From Alphaproteobacteria bacterium (GTDB lineage: Bacteria > Pseudomonadota > Alphaproteobacteria > UBA828), in the NCBI GenBank assembly GCA_965216915.1, contig CBDCGS010000011.1, positions 269,925 through 333,924 of the forward strand: a stretch of 64,000 bases of DNA, given 5' to 3'. The notes under the pieces are model-generated. The model was not told the DNA's origin. It ran no database searches and was given only the letters and a program-made list of their open reading frames with translations. The position numbers were made by a program, and so were the translations under genes. Shown one piece after another: positions 18,960 through 28,462 of this stretch (its first letter is position 1; every line of letters starts with the position of its first letter).

Positions 18960-20942
18960 CTAGTCGTAAGGCCAAAGCCGCGTGAAATTCGCCCCTTCGG
19001 CGGGACTCGTCGAGCCGGCCGTACGAGCCTCGCGCGCCACCGCGGACGCATGGGCGGGCGCCGTGGTCGCCACCACCTTCGTCTCCTGCTGAGCACGGGT
19101 CTCGCGCGGCGTCTCGACCACGTTTTCGCGCGATCCGGTCTCTTCTCCCAAGGCCGGCGCGATGTTCGCCATCGCCTCGGCCAAGGAACCGGCTGGGTCT
19201 TCGGCCGGCGGTGTCTCAGGCGCCGCAGAGGCCCCAACACGCTCGGCGTCGCGCACCGCGTCCTCGACGGCGATATCCCACGACCGCGCCTCGCCCCACA
19301 GCTCGCCGACGAGAGACTCGACGTTCATTTCCTCTGTCTCGTCAAAGGAGGCATCGGCGGCGCCGCCGCGTGCCGTCTTGACCTGCGTCACGGGGTCCAC
19401 GGGCGCGGGCGCCTCGGGCACACCGGCATCGGCACGCTCGCCGGTGGTCGTTTCGGGAGCGGGGCGCGCCTCGGCACCCCCGCGAATGCGCGTAATATGG
19501 TCGACGTCCTCACCGACCTCCGCGACCGCGCGACCATCGGGAAAGTCGGTTTGCGCGAGGCCGGAGATATTGTCCTGCGTAAGCCGCCCCATCGCGCCCA
19601 GCACGCGATAGACGCCGACCCGCGCATCGTGCTGGGCGGCGACCAAATTGATGCGAGCGTTGAAGAGCTCGTTTTCGGCGCCCAGCACGTTGATCACGGT
19701 CTCCCGACCGTTGTCACGCAGCTTGCGGCGCGCTTCGAAGACCTCGGCTGCGATATTGACGGCGTTTTGCAAAAGCCGCACGCGCTCGCGCGCCGTTTCG
19801 AGGCCGTGCCAGGCGAGGCGGACCTCCTCGACGACCTTGCGCCGCACGAAGTTGCTCGTGTCGATGCTCGCACGATACTGGTGCGACGATTCAGCCACAG
19901 CCGCGCGCGTCGCGAAGCCATTGAACAGCACCCAGCTCGCCTGAACCTTGGCCTTGTAGTCGCGGCGATCACCCTGCACGCCATCGAGATCCTGCTCGTA
20001 GGTCCACTCGCCGACGAGATCGACCGACGGGTAGAAATCAGCCTTTGCGATGCGTCGATCTTCTTCGGCGAGATCAATGCGCGTTGTCGCGTTGACGATC
20101 GCGGGATGCTCCGCCAGGGCGATGTCTTCGGCCGCGTCGAGCGAATCGGGCATGAGGCTGAGCGGCGGCGTGGGCATGACCAAATCATCGACGATCGCCG
20201 CGTGGCCGAACACCTGCGCGAAGCGGCTCAACGAATCCTCAAGCGCTCCCTCCAGCGCGACGCGGCGTTCCTTGGCGACTTGGAGGCTCCCCTTGGATTG
20301 CAGGACGTCGACCGTGATGCCCGAGCCGCGGCGGACGCGCTCGTCTTCGAGCTGCAACTGCCGCTTGATGTTGTTCTCCTGATCGCGCGAGAGCTCCACG
20401 AGGCGCGCATTGCGCAGGACCTCGAGGTAGGCATTGATCGCCTCGAAAATGACGTTCTGCGTGTTCTCCTCGAGCTCGACCTCGGCGACGTCCTTGGTAA
20501 GCCGCGCGCGGGCGTTGTTCGCCTCGGCCCGGAAGCCCGTGAACAGCGGCTGGGTGATGGTGACCGAGAGTTGCGCAGCATCGGCATTGTGAGACGCACC
20601 CTGGCCCGGGGCGGCAGCGCGCCGGCCGGGGCTATCGATCCGCTCATAGCCGTAGTCACCGAATAGGCGGGCGTTGGGGAGGTATTCGGAAAAGGCGCGG
20701 TTGATGCCTTCTTCGGTCGCCGCGACGTTCTCGCGCGCGGCCTTGATCTGGGGATGCGTCGCAAGCAGGGCGGCGATTTCGTCCTCGAGTGTCTCCGCCT
20801 GCGAGCCCACCGCCGGGAGGCTCAAGAGCGCAGCCGCTGCCGTCGCCGCAAGGGCGGCCGCGCGCCATTGCCTCAAGCGCGGTCTGGTCGATCGTTGCGG
20901 CGTTCGCTCGCGTTGGGCCGCACTGCCCTGCCCTGTCAGCAT
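18960..20942 (-). CDS. TolC-family outer membrane channel with a long low-complexity C-terminal extension
   Basis: HPQIKAARE, YLP, ITQPLFTGF, AYLEVLR, FYPSVDL, LFNGF, ETVINVLGAENELFNARINLV..H...YRVLGAMGRL. Confidence 0.9.
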   Translation of the reverse strand: MLTGQGSAAQRERTPQRSTRPRLRQWRAAALAATAAAALLSLPAVGSQAETLEDEIAALLATHPQIKAARENVAATEEGINRAFSEYLPNARLFGDYGYERIDSPGRRAAAPGQGASHNADAAQLSVTITQPLFTGFRAEANNARARLTKDVAEVELEENTQNVIFEAINAYLEVLRNARLVELSRDQENNIKRQLQLEDERVRRGSGITVDVLQSKGSLQVAKERRVALEGALEDSLSRFAQVFGHAAIVDDLVMPTPPLSLMPDSLDAAEDIALAEHPAIVNATTRIDLAEEDRRIAKADFYPSVDLVGEWTYEQDLDGVQGDRRDYKAKVQASWVLFNGFATRAAVAESSHQYRASIDTSNFVRRKVVEEVRLAWHGLETARERVRLLQNAVNIAAEVFEARRKLRDNGRETVINVLGAENELFNARINLVAAQHDARVGVYRVLGAMGRLTQDNISGLAQTDFPDGRAVAEVGEDVDHITRIRGGAEARPAPETTTGERADAGVPEAPAPVDPVTQVKTARGGAADASFDETEEMNVESLVGELWGEARSWDIAVEDAVRDAERVGASAAPETPPAEDPAGSLAEAMANIAPALGEETGSRENVVETPRETRAQQETKVVATTAPAHASAVAREARTAGSTSPAEGANFTRLWPYD

Positions 20943-21018
20943 ATCTTCCCCAACACCTTATGGTCTTACCGCGCGTCTTTCCGGCGCGGCGTCAACGAGA
21001 CGTATAGTGCGCGCGCGC

Positions 21019-22299
21019 CTATGCGTCGAGCACCAGATTGCCCTTTGGCACGGAAATGCAAGCGAGGCACGATCCGGATTCCGGCTCGGAGCCGGGCGGA
21101 TTGAGGTAATCGACATCGCCCTCTTTGATCGCAGTGATGCACGTGCCGCAATTGCCGGCCCGGCACCCAAAGTCGATATCGACGTCGTTTTCCTCGGCGA
21201 AGTCGAGGAGGGCGCCGATGTCCGGATTCCAATCGACCGTCTTACCCGATTTGGCGAAGGTCACCTGGATCCCGGCGGCCGCCTGAGATGCTTCGGTCGC
21301 ATCCTTCTGCGCCACCGGTGCCGTTTTCTTGACGGTCGCAGGGCCGAATGCCTCGTAGTGGACATGCTTCTCGGGCACGCCCCATTCCTCGAGGTCCGGA
21401 ACGATGGTGTTCATCATGGGCGGCGGGCCGCACATGTAGAAGTCGTAGTTGTTCGACGGCAGAACACGCTTGAAGAGGTCTACGCTCACCCGCTCCGCAT
21501 ATTTGTAGTCCTTGCCCTCCTCGTCATCGTCTCCGGGCGATGAGTAGCAGACGCACATGCGGACATTGTCATGCTCTCGGGCGATCCGGGCGAGATGCTC
21601 CTTCATGACGTGTTCTTTGCCATTGCGAACGCCATAGAAAAACCACGTCTCGCGCGTCGAGCCGCTCTCCACGATCTGGTTCAGCATGCTGAGCACCGGC
21701 GTCAACCCGATCCCGCCGCCGATCAGAACGACGGGTGTGTTTTTCGTCGTGTCCATGAAGAAGTGGCCGCCGGGCGCCTTGATGTCGACGATGTCGCCTT
21801 CGTCGACCTGGTCGTGGAAGAAGTTGGAGGAGAGACCGGGCGGCACGTCCGGCTTGTCGCGCGGCGGCGGCACGCGCTTGATCGAGCAGCGGTAATAGTC
21901 GGGATGATGGGGACTGTCCGACAGCGAGTAGCACCGGATCGTCGGCCGCTTCTCGCCCGGAATGTCGAGCGAGAAAGTGATGTATTGACCCGGTTCGAAC
22001 GGCGGCAGCGGCTTGCCGTCATGCGGCGAGAAATAGAACGAGCAGATGCCGCCGCCCTCCGGGGCCTTCCGCTTGATCTCGAACTTGCGAAAGCCGCTCC
22101 AAGCCCCCTCCGCCTTGGCTTGCTCGTGCTGGCGTTGGGTGACGATGCGATCGATCTCCGTTTGGAAAACCTTCGCCTGCATATCGGCCGTGCGCACGGC
22201 GGCCGCGGAGCGACGCAGGTTGCCAACGGCCGTGTTCAAGAGAACGAGCGTCAGTATCGCGAGAAAGACGATCGCGACGACCTGAATTGCGATCTCCAT
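21019..22299 (-). CDS. Membrane-anchored FAD/NAD(P)H oxidoreductase (FNR-like) with C-terminal [2Fe-2S] ferredoxin
   Basis: N-terminal TM helix; PGQY, RCYSL, GLSS, GGGIGLTP, YMCGP, EAF; CRAGNCGTC...C plant-type ferredoxin motif. Confidence 0.93.
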   Translation of the reverse strand: MEIAIQVVAIVFLAILTLVLLNTAVGNLRRSAAAVRTADMQAKVFQTEIDRIVTQRQHEQAKAEGAWSGFRKFEIKRKAPEGGGICSFYFSPHDGKPLPPFEPGQYITFSLDIPGEKRPTIRCYSLSDSPHHPDYYRCSIKRVPPPRDKPDVPPGLSSNFFHDQVDEGDIVDIKAPGGHFFMDTTKNTPVVLIGGGIGLTPVLSMLNQIVESGSTRETWFFYGVRNGKEHVMKEHLARIAREHDNVRMCVCYSSPGDDDEEGKDYKYAERVSVDLFKRVLPSNNYDFYMCGPPPMMNTIVPDLEEWGVPEKHVHYEAFGPATVKKTAPVAQKDATEASQAAAGIQVTFAKSGKTVDWNPDIGALLDFAEENDVDIDFGCRAGNCGTCITAIKEGDVDYLNPPGSEPESGSCLACISVPKGNLVLDA

Positions 22300-22319
22300 G
22301 GCTCGCCCCTCTCCTCAGC

Positions 22320-23858
22320 CTAGAACTTGCGTCGGATCTCCAGCCGTGCGCCCGCGATGTCCGCTTCCTCGACCCGGGCGCCATACATCGCGTCGGCACG
22401 CAGGATCCAAGCCTCGCTGAGCGGAAATTGGTAGCGCACGCCGGCCGCGTACTCGTCACCCGCAGCCGGGCGGCCCGGTTCGTTGTCGCTCCCCATGACC
22501 TGCACGGTCGCCACCTCGACGACGATCTGCCGGTCGAGGGCGAACAAGTACTGCAATCCAAGCGCCCCGCCGAAGGTGTCTTGGCCGCTCGCATCGAGGG
22601 TCGGGAAGCCTGTCAGGTTGTCGCTCTCGAAGTTGATGCCCGTATTGCGTAGCACGCCACCGGCGGCACCAGCGCGGGCGGCGGCTTGCGGACGATCGAA
22701 GCCGGCCCAGACGTTGAAGTAAGGAAGCAGGGTCGAGGGCAGCTCGGTGATCAGCGAATTCTCCACCAGGAAAATGACGCCGTCGGCCGTCTGCTGACCC
22801 ACCGTCGGATCCTGCGAAACGTTCCAGATGACCCGCACGCTGTTGGAGAGCCAGGCCCCGTAGCGCTTGGAGAACGCCAAGGTCAGGTTGAGATAGTCGA
22901 ACTCGTCGAAACTGTCCTTGCCGTCGATATAGGCCATACCGAGTTCCCAGAAGCCCTGGTTGGCCTCGATGAACGCGGCAGCACCGTAGATACTGACATT
23001 GTGATCGGCGGCGGCGCCATCGGCGGCCACGATCGCCGGCGTCGTCACTTTGTCAAACCCGAAGAAGAACGAGAAATCCATGTTGGAAATGTCGAGCGTC
23101 GGGCTGTTGAGCGCGGGAATGGCGAACGCGAAACCGGTGAACGCATCCTCTAGCCACACGCCGTTTTGATAGAGGAGCGGCATCAGGCCGACGGCGAACG
23201 GCAGATCCAGCGACGTGTAATTCCCGGTCAGGCCAGACCAGATGGGTCCCACGTCGCCTTCGAAGAACAACGCATCCAAGTTGAGATTGAATACGAGGTC
23301 GCAGCGGTCGCTCTGGCTGCGATCGTTACCGAAGAGCTCGCAGTTGGTAAAGTTCGCGCCCTGCTGAAGCGGACCAATGAACCAATGGATGCGCTCGGTC
23401 GAGGTGAATTGATAATCGAATTCGAGATTGAGCCGCGTGGCAACCTGGCCAAGCTCGGCCGCGCCGTTGTCGTTGTACGCGACGGCCGCGCGCCAATCAC
23501 CGTAGACGTAGAACTCGGTGAAGGTCGGGTTGAGCTCACCGAGGAAGGTCCCGTGGTCCGTGAACGGACCAGCGGTGTAGAGCTCGCGGCCCGCCTCGAT
23601 GAGAGGCCGCGTCACCACATAAGCTGACTTGCCACCATAGATCTCGAGCTGCGCGTCGATATCGTAGGGCTTGTCCTCGTAGCTTGGATCGGGCCGAAAC
23701 ACATCCCGGTCATGCTCGACCTGGCGTGCCGCCGGATCCATTTCGATCTCAGCGGAAACCACCGGGTCAACGACACCAAGAGTCAGCGCCACTGCCGCGG
23801 CAACCGCTCCCCCCGCCAGGCGGCGGGGGGAAACGGCGGAACGTCCTGTGGTATTCAC
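22320..23858 (-). CDS. Putative outer-membrane beta-barrel protein
   Basis: Signal peptide, many amphipathic aromatic-bounded strands, C-terminal beta-signal-like ARLEIRRKF ending in Phe; 2-nt gap after the pentaheme cytochrome gene. Confidence 0.7.
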   Translation of the reverse strand: MNTTGRSAVSPRRLAGGAVAAAVALTLGVVDPVVSAEIEMDPAARQVEHDRDVFRPDPSYEDKPYDIDAQLEIYGGKSAYVVTRPLIEAGRELYTAGPFTDHGTFLGELNPTFTEFYVYGDWRAAVAYNDNGAAELGQVATRLNLEFDYQFTSTERIHWFIGPLQQGANFTNCELFGNDRSQSDRCDLVFNLNLDALFFEGDVGPIWSGLTGNYTSLDLPFAVGLMPLLYQNGVWLEDAFTGFAFAIPALNSPTLDISNMDFSFFFGFDKVTTPAIVAADGAAADHNVSIYGAAAFIEANQGFWELGMAYIDGKDSFDEFDYLNLTLAFSKRYGAWLSNSVRVIWNVSQDPTVGQQTADGVIFLVENSLITELPSTLLPYFNVWAGFDRPQAAARAGAAGGVLRNTGINFESDNLTGFPTLDASGQDTFGGALGLQYLFALDRQIVVEVATVQVMGSDNEPGRPAAGDEYAAGVRYQFPLSEAWILRADAMYGARVEEADIAGARLEIRRKF

Positions 23859-23860
23859 GG

Positions 23861-25678
23861 CTACCCCTCTATCTCGAATTCCACCGTGTAATCGTCAATG
23901 TCGATCATCCACTCGTTCATCGCACGCTCCATCTCGGTCGTCGCGCCGACGAATCGCATGAAATAGATCGGCTCTGCCCGGCTGCGCATGCGCACGGCAA
24001 GGCGATAGGTCCCGGGCTTGGCGATCAGATCGCCCGGAACGGAATAGTCAGCATCCCGCGCCATGAGCGGCGGCAGGCTCCGCCCTTCCATGCGCACGAA
24101 CGGCGGATGATTGATCACCGTCACGGGCTGTGCGGGCGGCCGCAGGAACGGCAGCTGATCGACATCGAAATTGACCGGCAAGTACATCTCGCGATCGGTG
24201 CCCTTGACGTTGGTCGTCAAGAACTTCGTCTGGAGATTGAACAGCTGGTCGTCGTGCGGAATCTTGCCCGCCAGCACGTCGGCGCTGTGCAAGTCGGCCA
24301 TGTCGCCGGCGCTGTCGATGTAGCCGGATTCCCAGATATTGTTGCCGTCCGGATCGATCAGCGCGACGTTGAGCCACAGCTCCGGCTGCGCGCCGAGCGA
24401 GCCCGACGGCAGATTGTGGCCGGCGTTCTTGTTGGTCACGACGTATTTGAACGAAAGCGTCTGACCGACGCGCCGATCGCTCGAGAAGAACGGGCCATCG
24501 ACGTGCGACCCGTTGGTCATGACCTGACGCCGAAGCTCGGCTTTCTCCTCGATCAGCTCGATGTTCTGATCGATGATGGCGCGCGCTTCCTCGCGATCGA
24601 AGCGATCTTCCCAAATCTCGGGGAACGCGATCTCCTCCATCTCACCGGCATCGACCGCCTCTTCATATTCATCCTCCCACTCCTCGACGCCCCACTCGGA
24701 CCGGTAATCGAACTGGAGCCACTCCTCCATCGTCCAGTTCTCGGCCTCGGGGTTGTGCGGGAAGATGCCCGGATGCGCGATCGGATAACCCGGACCCGCG
24801 AAGGCATGGCTATGCCGGACCCGGTCTGGATTGACCGGCCGCCCGTCGACCACCGCCGCCGGACCGCGCTTGAAGCCATCCGGCACGCCCGGCGTGTAGC
24901 TCATATGGCAGTCCTGGCAGGTCACGCCTTCCTTGAACGCGGGCGAATCGCGGAACTGATCCCACACGACCTCGAGCTTGATGCCGAGGTTCACCTTCAC
25001 CTGGTGGCACGACACGCAGAACTCGGATTCGGAGAGCTGGGTGAACTTGATGCCGTCATTGTGGATCTGATTGCCGCGTTCGGTCTCATCGGTCGCGACC
25101 TTCCAGCCGCCCTTGTCCTCGACCACCGCGCGCACGCCATCGCCGCCGATGTTGCCGTAGACCGGCTCGAAAATCTTGCCGGGCTCGATGTTGCGTTGGC
25201 CGTTGACCTTGTAATAGCTGTCGCCGACGCGGTGGCACGTGATGCAGGTGATACCTTCTCGGGAGACCTGCGAACGCTCCCACACCGGCATCTCGCGCGC
25301 TTCGCCCATCTGCGTGCCGACCTGCGCGTGGCAACGCACGCAGAATGTGTTGATGGTCGGCGCCAAGCTGTTGATGGCGTTCTCGAACTTGTGGAACATC
25401 GGCGAGATCGACGCGTAGGCATGGTTCGAGGAGGCCCATTCCCAATAGATCTCCTCATGACAGGCCATGCATTTCGACGCGCTCGGGAAATCATCCTCAT
25501 CGAGGATCGCCGCGTGCATCGCAGCAGCATCCTCGTCGCTGATCTCCATCGCCTCGTCGGCCCCCTCGTGCTCGTCCGCGAGGACCGGTTGGGTGGCCCA
25601 GCAAGCCGCGGCGAAAAATCCCGCCGCGAAAAGGGGCAGCCAGCGTTTGCGCCAAGGTTTTTTCATCAGCTCACTCAT
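23861..25678 (-). CDS. Periplasmic pentaheme c-type cytochrome with a C-terminal beta-rich domain
   Basis: Signal peptide; CMACH, CVRCH, CITCH, CVSCH, CQDCH; AGHNLPSG motif in the C-terminal half. Confidence 0.9.
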   Translation of the reverse strand: MSELMKKPWRKRWLPLFAAGFFAAACWATQPVLADEHEGADEAMEISDEDAAAMHAAILDEDDFPSASKCMACHEEIYWEWASSNHAYASISPMFHKFENAINSLAPTINTFCVRCHAQVGTQMGEAREMPVWERSQVSREGITCITCHRVGDSYYKVNGQRNIEPGKIFEPVYGNIGGDGVRAVVEDKGGWKVATDETERGNQIHNDGIKFTQLSESEFCVSCHQVKVNLGIKLEVVWDQFRDSPAFKEGVTCQDCHMSYTPGVPDGFKRGPAAVVDGRPVNPDRVRHSHAFAGPGYPIAHPGIFPHNPEAENWTMEEWLQFDYRSEWGVEEWEDEYEEAVDAGEMEEIAFPEIWEDRFDREEARAIIDQNIELIEEKAELRRQVMTNGSHVDGPFFSSDRRVGQTLSFKYVVTNKNAGHNLPSGSLGAQPELWLNVALIDPDGNNIWESGYIDSAGDMADLHSADVLAGKIPHDDQLFNLQTKFLTTNVKGTDREMYLPVNFDVDQLPFLRPPAQPVTVINHPPFVRMEGRSLPPLMARDADYSVPGDLIAKPGTYRLAVRMRSRAEPIYFMRFVGATTEMERAMNEWMIDIDDYTVEFEIEG

Positions 25679-27650
25679 TGTCGTCTCTCGCCATCCGCAG
25701 GTCAAAACCGGGCTCAAAGTGATACACGTGGCAAAGTTGGCAATCCTGCCGCACCTGGCCTTCGTTGTGGCATTGAGCGCATGATTCCTGACTTATCGGA
25801 TAAAAGTTGCTCTCGAAGTGATGGGGGTCACTCTGTCCAAATGACTCCGCGAACTGCGCCGCCTCATTGATCTTATGACACACTCTGCAGCCGCTGTCCG
25901 GATCCATGAGGTTGACGCCTTCCGGATCGAGGAGTGTGAGATGCGTCCCGTGCGAATAGCTCGTGTAGGGACGCGCTTCAGACGGCCGGTAACGCCATTC
26001 GAGTTCCAGCGCGCCGTCAGCGTTGCCTGAAACCGCATGGCATTTCGTGCAGGCGCCGACGCCATCCGAGCGGCTGAGCACGCTGTCGCGCATCATCGTC
26101 GCGTATTCCACCAGGTCGTCCTCGCCCGCTTCGTGCACGCTCTCGACGGAAAACTCGAGCCAGGCACGCGCCACCGCATCGCCATGGTCGAGCGGCCGGT
26201 ATTTAAGCTCGACCAGATCGCCGTACCAACCGCCGAAATCCGGATCCATCGGCGCCTCATATTCGAGGTTGTTCGCCCACGCGCAAGCCACTCGCTTCAC
26301 GAGCTCGGCGTTGAGGCCGGACAACAGGTCCGTCGCATTGCCGCCGCGCTCCTCGACGAGCTCCGCGATCGGCGCCGGACCCTCTTCCATCAACCGCGCC
26401 ACGAACTCTTGAATCGGCTCGCTATATTCTTCCATGTCGTCCGTCGGCACGCCCAGCAGATAGGCGATCACGGGCGTCGGCTCGTCCACCGAGGCGGGGT
26501 CGTACCACTCCTCCTCCTCGTCGTCCTCCGACATATCGAGCATGCCCGCGTCGTCGGCCTCCATGGCCTCGTCGATCATCTCCTTCAGGCCGGTCATCTG
26601 CTCCATCACGGCTTCCCACGCTTCCAGCGTGGGGCCGCACGCTTCCATGACCCGCTCGGGATCGATGAGGTTCTCCTCGAACTCCGGGAGCCGAAGCAGG
26701 ATGAGGTCGCGCGTGACCACCGTGTCGTAGTGGCAGGTCGCGCACGCCTCGAAGCCGGTCGGCTGGACCGCCTGCGCCGCGGTGTCGACCTCGTGGCAGG
26801 TGGTGCAGTCCTCGGGCGCGAGATCGGCGTAGCGTTGATCCACGAAATGCTTGGTGATGTGCGAGGAATGGTTGAAGGCGATCGACGTGCGCCGGTCGTG
26901 CGGGAATGTGTTGCCGAACGACGGATGGTTGTCGCCGAAATCATCCGCCTGCTTCTCATGGCAGAGATTGCATTGCCCGTCGGAGAGGTTCGTCAGGTCG
27001 TAGTCCTCTCCCTTGTGCTCGGTGTGGCACATGACGCATTGGGTCGGCGGGGCGTTGGCGTTGCTCGTCTGGACCAAGCCCGCGTTGTTGTGGGCAAGCC
27101 GCGCATCGCCGCCAAAGGTATGACAATCGAGGCATTGGCCGGTCATGTCCTGCTCGTGGAAGGCCGCCAGGAACCAGTCGCCTGCATCCTCCCCATGCGC
27201 CGTGTGGCAGGAGACGCACCCAGTCTCGGCGGTGAAGTTGGCATGTCCACCGGTGAGTGTGCCGGCGCTCTTCACGGCGTCACCGGCATCGCCACCGAAG
27301 GTCAGGAAGACGGCGATCAAGGCCACCACGGTCGCAAACGCCCCGCCCGCAAGAAACTGGCGCACGCGACGGATGGTGCGCCGTGGTCGACACGGTGGAT
27401 GCTGTTGCGAGCACGTGCCGTCGGACTTCGGCCCGGTGTCGCACGGGCCGCCGAAGAGCGGCGAGCGGCGGCACTCGAAGCGATCGCCGACCTGCGCCGG
27501 TCGGCACTCGGTTGTCCCACCGCATCGTCCATTCACGGTGGGCCCGAACTCGCAAGGCTTGTCCCAGGCGGCGCCGCGGCCGCACCGGAAGCGCAGAGTC
27601 GGCCGCTCGTAACGGCTGACGTCGTGCTTGAATTTCTCCGGATCCATCAT
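25671..27650 (-). CDS. Membrane-anchored decaheme c-type cytochrome with an N-terminal Cys-rich domain
   Basis: Ten CxxCH (CVSCH, CLDCH, CVMCH, CNLCH, CTTCH, CATCH, CTKCH, CRVCH, CAQCH, CQLCH); one TM helix after an 8-Cys N-terminus; ATGA-coupled to the upstream gene. Confidence 0.92.
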   Translation of the reverse strand: MMDPEKFKHDVSRYERPTLRFRCGRGAAWDKPCEFGPTVNGRCGGTTECRPAQVGDRFECRRSPLFGGPCDTGPKSDGTCSQQHPPCRPRRTIRRVRQFLAGGAFATVVALIAVFLTFGGDAGDAVKSAGTLTGGHANFTAETGCVSCHTAHGEDAGDWFLAAFHEQDMTGQCLDCHTFGGDARLAHNNAGLVQTSNANAPPTQCVMCHTEHKGEDYDLTNLSDGQCNLCHEKQADDFGDNHPSFGNTFPHDRRTSIAFNHSSHITKHFVDQRYADLAPEDCTTCHEVDTAAQAVQPTGFEACATCHYDTVVTRDLILLRLPEFEENLIDPERVMEACGPTLEAWEAVMEQMTGLKEMIDEAMEADDAGMLDMSEDDEEEEWYDPASVDEPTPVIAYLLGVPTDDMEEYSEPIQEFVARLMEEGPAPIAELVEERGGNATDLLSGLNAELVKRVACAWANNLEYEAPMDPDFGGWYGDLVELKYRPLDHGDAVARAWLEFSVESVHEAGEDDLVEYATMMRDSVLSRSDGVGACTKCHAVSGNADGALELEWRYRPSEARPYTSYSHGTHLTLLDPEGVNLMDPDSGCRVCHKINEAAQFAESFGQSDPHHFESNFYPISQESCAQCHNEGQVRQDCQLCHVYHFEPGFDLRMARDDNE

Positions 27651-28462
27651 AGCGCGTACACGTTCACGACGATCACGTGCCAGAACATCAGCCCGAGCAC
27701 GGCCGCGGCGAGCGGCACGTGCACCAGCAGCCACATCTTCATGATCGACTGGCAGGCGTAGTGGAGGTCGATGTCGTTCTTGTAGCGCGCGAGCGCCGTG
27801 ATCGTTTCGAGATGCGCCCGCTCGGCGTCGTTCAGGTAACGATCGATGGTCTGGTGCTGATGGCTGATCCAGTGCTCGCCGGCCTGACCGCCGAGCGCGT
27901 GGTTGAGGTAGAAGCGCGGCTTCCGGAAGTACCAGCGCATGGTCTCGAGGTAATGACGCGCGAGGGTGTCGCTGCCGGTCTCATCTGCGCAGGCGCGCAC
28001 CGCAGCCTCGGCCTTCTCGCGCACCTCGGCGATCTCCGCCGGAATGCGCTCGTAGATGATCTCGAAATCGGATTGCACGAGGCGCTTCGGGTAATAGCGC
28101 TGAATGATGTAGCCGAAGATCCCACTCAACGAGACCATGTAGAACGTCACGGCAAGCGCCTGCTCATAGGCGCCGCTCGGCCAGAAGCTCCCGGTGTGCA
28201 CGAAGAAGATCGCGATGGCCACCATGCCGCCGACCGCGTGGAACGCGAGCCAATAGGCGACCCGCCCGAGCGGCACCATCGAGAGCTTCTTGCGCGTGTT
28301 GAAGATGGCGAGCGCCAGCATCAGGGCGAACAGGGCGTAGCCGGTGATAAATTCCGAGCGGCCCAGGCTCAGCCGCGCCTCGTTCGCGTAGACGGTGAGC
28401 GAGATGATCGCGGCGATCGCGATCAGCCAGAGGACCGCGTAGCGGACGAGGATCGCGTTCAC
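27647..28462 (-). CDS. Integral membrane protein, putative diheme cytochrome b
   Basis: About 5 TM segments; two helices each carry His at i and i+14 (HAVGGMVAIAIFFVH; HVPLAAAVLGLMFWH); GTG start overlaps the upstream stop (GTGA). Confidence 0.75.
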   Translation of the reverse strand: MNAILVRYAVLWLIAIAAIISLTVYANEARLSLGRSEFITGYALFALMLALAIFNTRKKLSMVPLGRVAYWLAFHAVGGMVAIAIFFVHTGSFWPSGAYEQALAVTFYMVSLSGIFGYIIQRYYPKRLVQSDFEIIYERIPAEIAEVREKAEAAVRACADETGSDTLARHYLETMRWYFRKPRFYLNHALGGQAGEHWISHQHQTIDRYLNDAERAHLETITALARYKNDIDLHYACQSIMKMWLLVHVPLAAAVLGLMFWHVIVVNVYAL

